DNA from: Verrucomicrobiota bacterium
GTDB lineage: Bacteria > Verrucomicrobiota > Lentisphaeria > JABSQK01 > JAJFLO01
NCBI GenBank assembly: GCA_021772615.1
Contig: JAJFLQ010000070.1
Location: 29,145-93,144, forward strand
Reading direction: 5' to 3'
Length of the DNA stretch: 64,000 bases
Under the pieces are notes generated by a model, which saw only the letters and a list, made by a program, of their open reading frames with translations, was not told the origin of the DNA and ran no database searches. Positions 62,192 through 64,000 of the stretch are shown piece by piece (position 1 is the first letter of the stretch; the number at the start of each line of letters is the position of its first letter). The position numbers and the translations under genes are program-made.

Positions 62192-63089
62192 TTGGTTTTT
62201 ACGTCTGCAGCCGTCATCGGCGGAATCGTTTTCGGTGTACTTGGCGTTGGACTGCTGCTGCTGCGGGCGCTATTCGCCTGCGGTTGGCCCGACAGCAATC
62301 ATGAATTCTATGTTTTTCTGCGCCGGATTGAAGACCGGCGGTCATCTTCCGCGACGAATCCGATTTTTCATCGGCCAAAGAATTCGAGTTTCCCTGTCGA
62401 GTTGATCCCCGGAAGCAGTCGTGACCACATTCGCATTCACTCCGGGGGATTTCGCGGACCGGATTACGCGCGGCGCCCGGTTGAAGGCACCCGACGCGTC
62501 GCTGTCATCGGCGACTCCGAATGTTTTGCCGCTCTCCTGCCGGTGTTCCAGACCCTGCCGGCCGTTCTCGAAACGGAGCTAGGCCGGCGGACAAAACTGA
62601 ATTTTCAGGTGATGAACTTCGGTGTACCCGGCTATAACACCGCCCATGAATTCCGGGTTCTCCGCGACAAGGCTCTCGCTTACCAACCGTCCGTTGTCAT
62701 ACTCTATTACGTATTCAACGATCCCGACTTTCGAAGACTATCCCTACCATGCCATTCATCGCAGGATGCATACGCTGACAGACGCTGGAATAGAGATCGC
62801 GGACCCGCTTGACCGATTCGTGGAATCCGGAGAATTGCCCAGGGCGTATTGGTCGAGCCCTGACGACTGTCACAAGAATTACGAGGCCCACAGGATCATC
62901 GCCGGTGTCGTCGCAGACGTCATTCTATCGACGTCCGGTGAACGTTTACTCGATTGGCCGAGCTCATTTCCTATGGATTTCGAAGCAGCCACCGTCGTCG
63001 GGACCGCCGACTCTCCAGGTGCACGCCTGCAATGCGGTGATAGTCTTCGCGTTCGGAACCGCTTCGCACGCTCCATTCCGCACTTCTGA
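62192..63089 (+). pseudogene. SGNH/GDSL-family hydrolase with an N-terminal TM anchor, interrupted by a +1/-1 frameshift near 62729-62735.
   Basis: Block I VAVIGDSE and block III YYVFNDPDF lie in frame 2 (ORF 62192..62812). Block V DDCHKNYEAHRIIAGV (DxxH) lies in frame 0 (ORF 62622..63089). The frames meet at a ttt homopolymer after gac. Confidence 0.55.
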
Positions 63090-63133
63090 TCGGACTTGAT
63101 GAATCTTGCTTTCCAGCATAGCTTGCTGGCGTG

Positions 63134-64000
63134 ATGAATTTAACCAACGACGAAAACGAACGGTATCAGCGACACCTGATTCTGCCGGAAATCGGTGAAG
63201 TCGGGCAGTTGAAGCTGAAGAACGCCAAAGTGCTTCTTGTCGGGGCAGGGGGGCTCGGCTCTCCTTTGGCCATTTATCTTTCTGCCGTTGGCGTCGGTAC
63301 TATCGGTGTGGTCGATTTTGACCACGTCGACGTTTCGAACCTGCAGCGACAGGTCATCCACGACACCGACGACGTCGGCAGGCCAAAAGTGCAATCGGCC
63401 AAAGAAAAAATGACGCGGATCAACCCCGGGATCGAGGTCGTAGCCCACGAGACTGCGATCCATGCCGGGAATGCTTTCGGCATCATCGAGCCTTATGATA
63501 TCGTCATCGACGGAAGCGATAATTTTCCCACCCGCTATCTCGTCAACGATGCGTGCGTACTGTCCGGAAAACCCACAGTGTACGGCGCCATTTATCGTTT
63601 CGAAGGACAATGCAGTGTTTTTGGAATGTACGGCGGGCCGTGTTACCGCTGTCTGTTTCCGGAACCCCCTTCCGGCAATGAGATTCCGTCCTGTGCGGAG
63701 GCCGGTGTCTTGGGCGTTCTCCCCGGAATGATCGGTTTGCTTCAGGCCAATGAAGCCATCAAGCTAATTTGCGATATCGGCGTGTCGCTCAGCGGCAGGC
63801 TGCTGATTCTTGATGCGCTCAATACCCGTTTCCGCGAGCTTGCGATCGCAAAAGACCCGCAGTGCCCGATCTGCGGGGAGCATCGCACCATTTTCACACT
63901 GACCGATTACGAGCAGGGCTGCGCGGATCAACACGATCCGACGGGCGCGACGGCAATCACGGCCGTTGACGTGCGACGGATGATGGAGCAGGACCCCAAC
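63134..64000 (+). CDS. moeB: Molybdopterin-synthase/sulfur-carrier adenylyltransferase (MoeB/ThiF E1-like), 3'-truncated by the window edge. CxxC motif, then the start of a rhodanese-like domain (MoeZ-type).
   Basis: MNLTNDENERYQRHLILPEIGEVGQLKLKNAKVLLVGAGGLGSPLAIYLSAVGVGTIGVVDFDHVDVSNLQRQ ... CYRCLFPEPP ... CPICG. Absent from the ORF track because no stop codon falls in the window. A GTG at 63131 is an alternative start. Confidence 0.9.
   Translation, partial: MNLTNDENERYQRHLILPEIGEVGQLKLKNAKVLLVGAGGLGSPLAIYLSAVGVGTIGVVDFDHVDVSNLQRQVIHDTDDVGRPKVQSAKEKMTRINPGIEVVAHETAIHAGNAFGIIEPYDIVIDGSDNFPTRYLVNDACVLSGKPTVYGAIYRFEGQCSVFGMYGGPCYRCLFPEPPSGNEIPSCAEAGVLGVLPGMIGLLQANEAIKLICDIGVSLSGRLLILDALNTRFRELAIAKDPQCPICGEHRTIFTLTDYEQGCADQHDPTGATAITAVDVRRMMEQDPN

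Noticed and set aside
63140-63610. 156-aa minus-strand ORF.
   Set aside because: Antisense to the well-supported moeB CDS, which is unlisted in the track only because it lacks an in-window stop.

Overview
The window is high-GC bacterial chromosome with three parts. (1) nt 1-14811, + strand: an adhesin-like surface-protein locus. It holds the 3' end of a large cadherin-like protein, a 2766-aa giant protein (signal peptide, ~10 cadherin-like/VCBS-type ~100-aa repeats ending VNDAP, three CHRD domains, an Fn3-like domain), a ~294-aa outer-membrane beta-barrel protein, and a 1516-aa protein (TolB-like PD40 beta-propeller repeats, cadherin-like repeats, and a tandem C-terminal module). (2) nt 15246-37563, - strand: a textbook translation/transcription superoperon, rpsS-rplB-rplW-rplD-rplC-rpsJ-fusA-rpsG-rpsL-rpoC-rpoB-rplL-rplJ-rplA-rplK-nusG-secE-tRNA-Trp-tuf-tRNA-Thr-rpsA, followed by tlyA, proA, a three-lipoprotein cluster (LpoB-like, YcfL-like, large lipoprotein) and a 1425-aa GH13 + GDE_C (amylo-1,6-glucosidase) fusion. 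The S10 operon stops abruptly after rpsS at a 430-bp repeat-containing junction that abuts the adhesin locus. (3) nt 47163-64000: rfbA, a SpoU/TrmH methyltransferase, a TMTC-like TPR membrane protein, two thioredoxin-fold proteins, an NDH-2 with a fused cNMP-binding domain, a CaCA antiporter, a PQQ-propeller protein, a stand-alone cNMP-binding protein, a secreted protein built from a duplicated ~235-aa unit, a small Ca-binding secreted protein, a PEP-CTERM protein, a frameshifted SGNH hydrolase, and the 5' part of moeB/moeZ. The most novel-looking signal is a ~50-60-aa C-terminal module (GW ... W.WD ... G[YH]W[LV]F ... DLE-stop) shared by three otherwise unrelated secreted proteins. Other items flagged: triple CHRD domains in a cadherin-like giant protein, a Cys-containing EF-hand/dockerin-like tandem repeat, an acidic N-terminal extension on L4, the eukaryotic-type GDE architecture, and the cNMP-binding neighbourhood. 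No CRISPR array, rRNA, transposase or integrase was seen.
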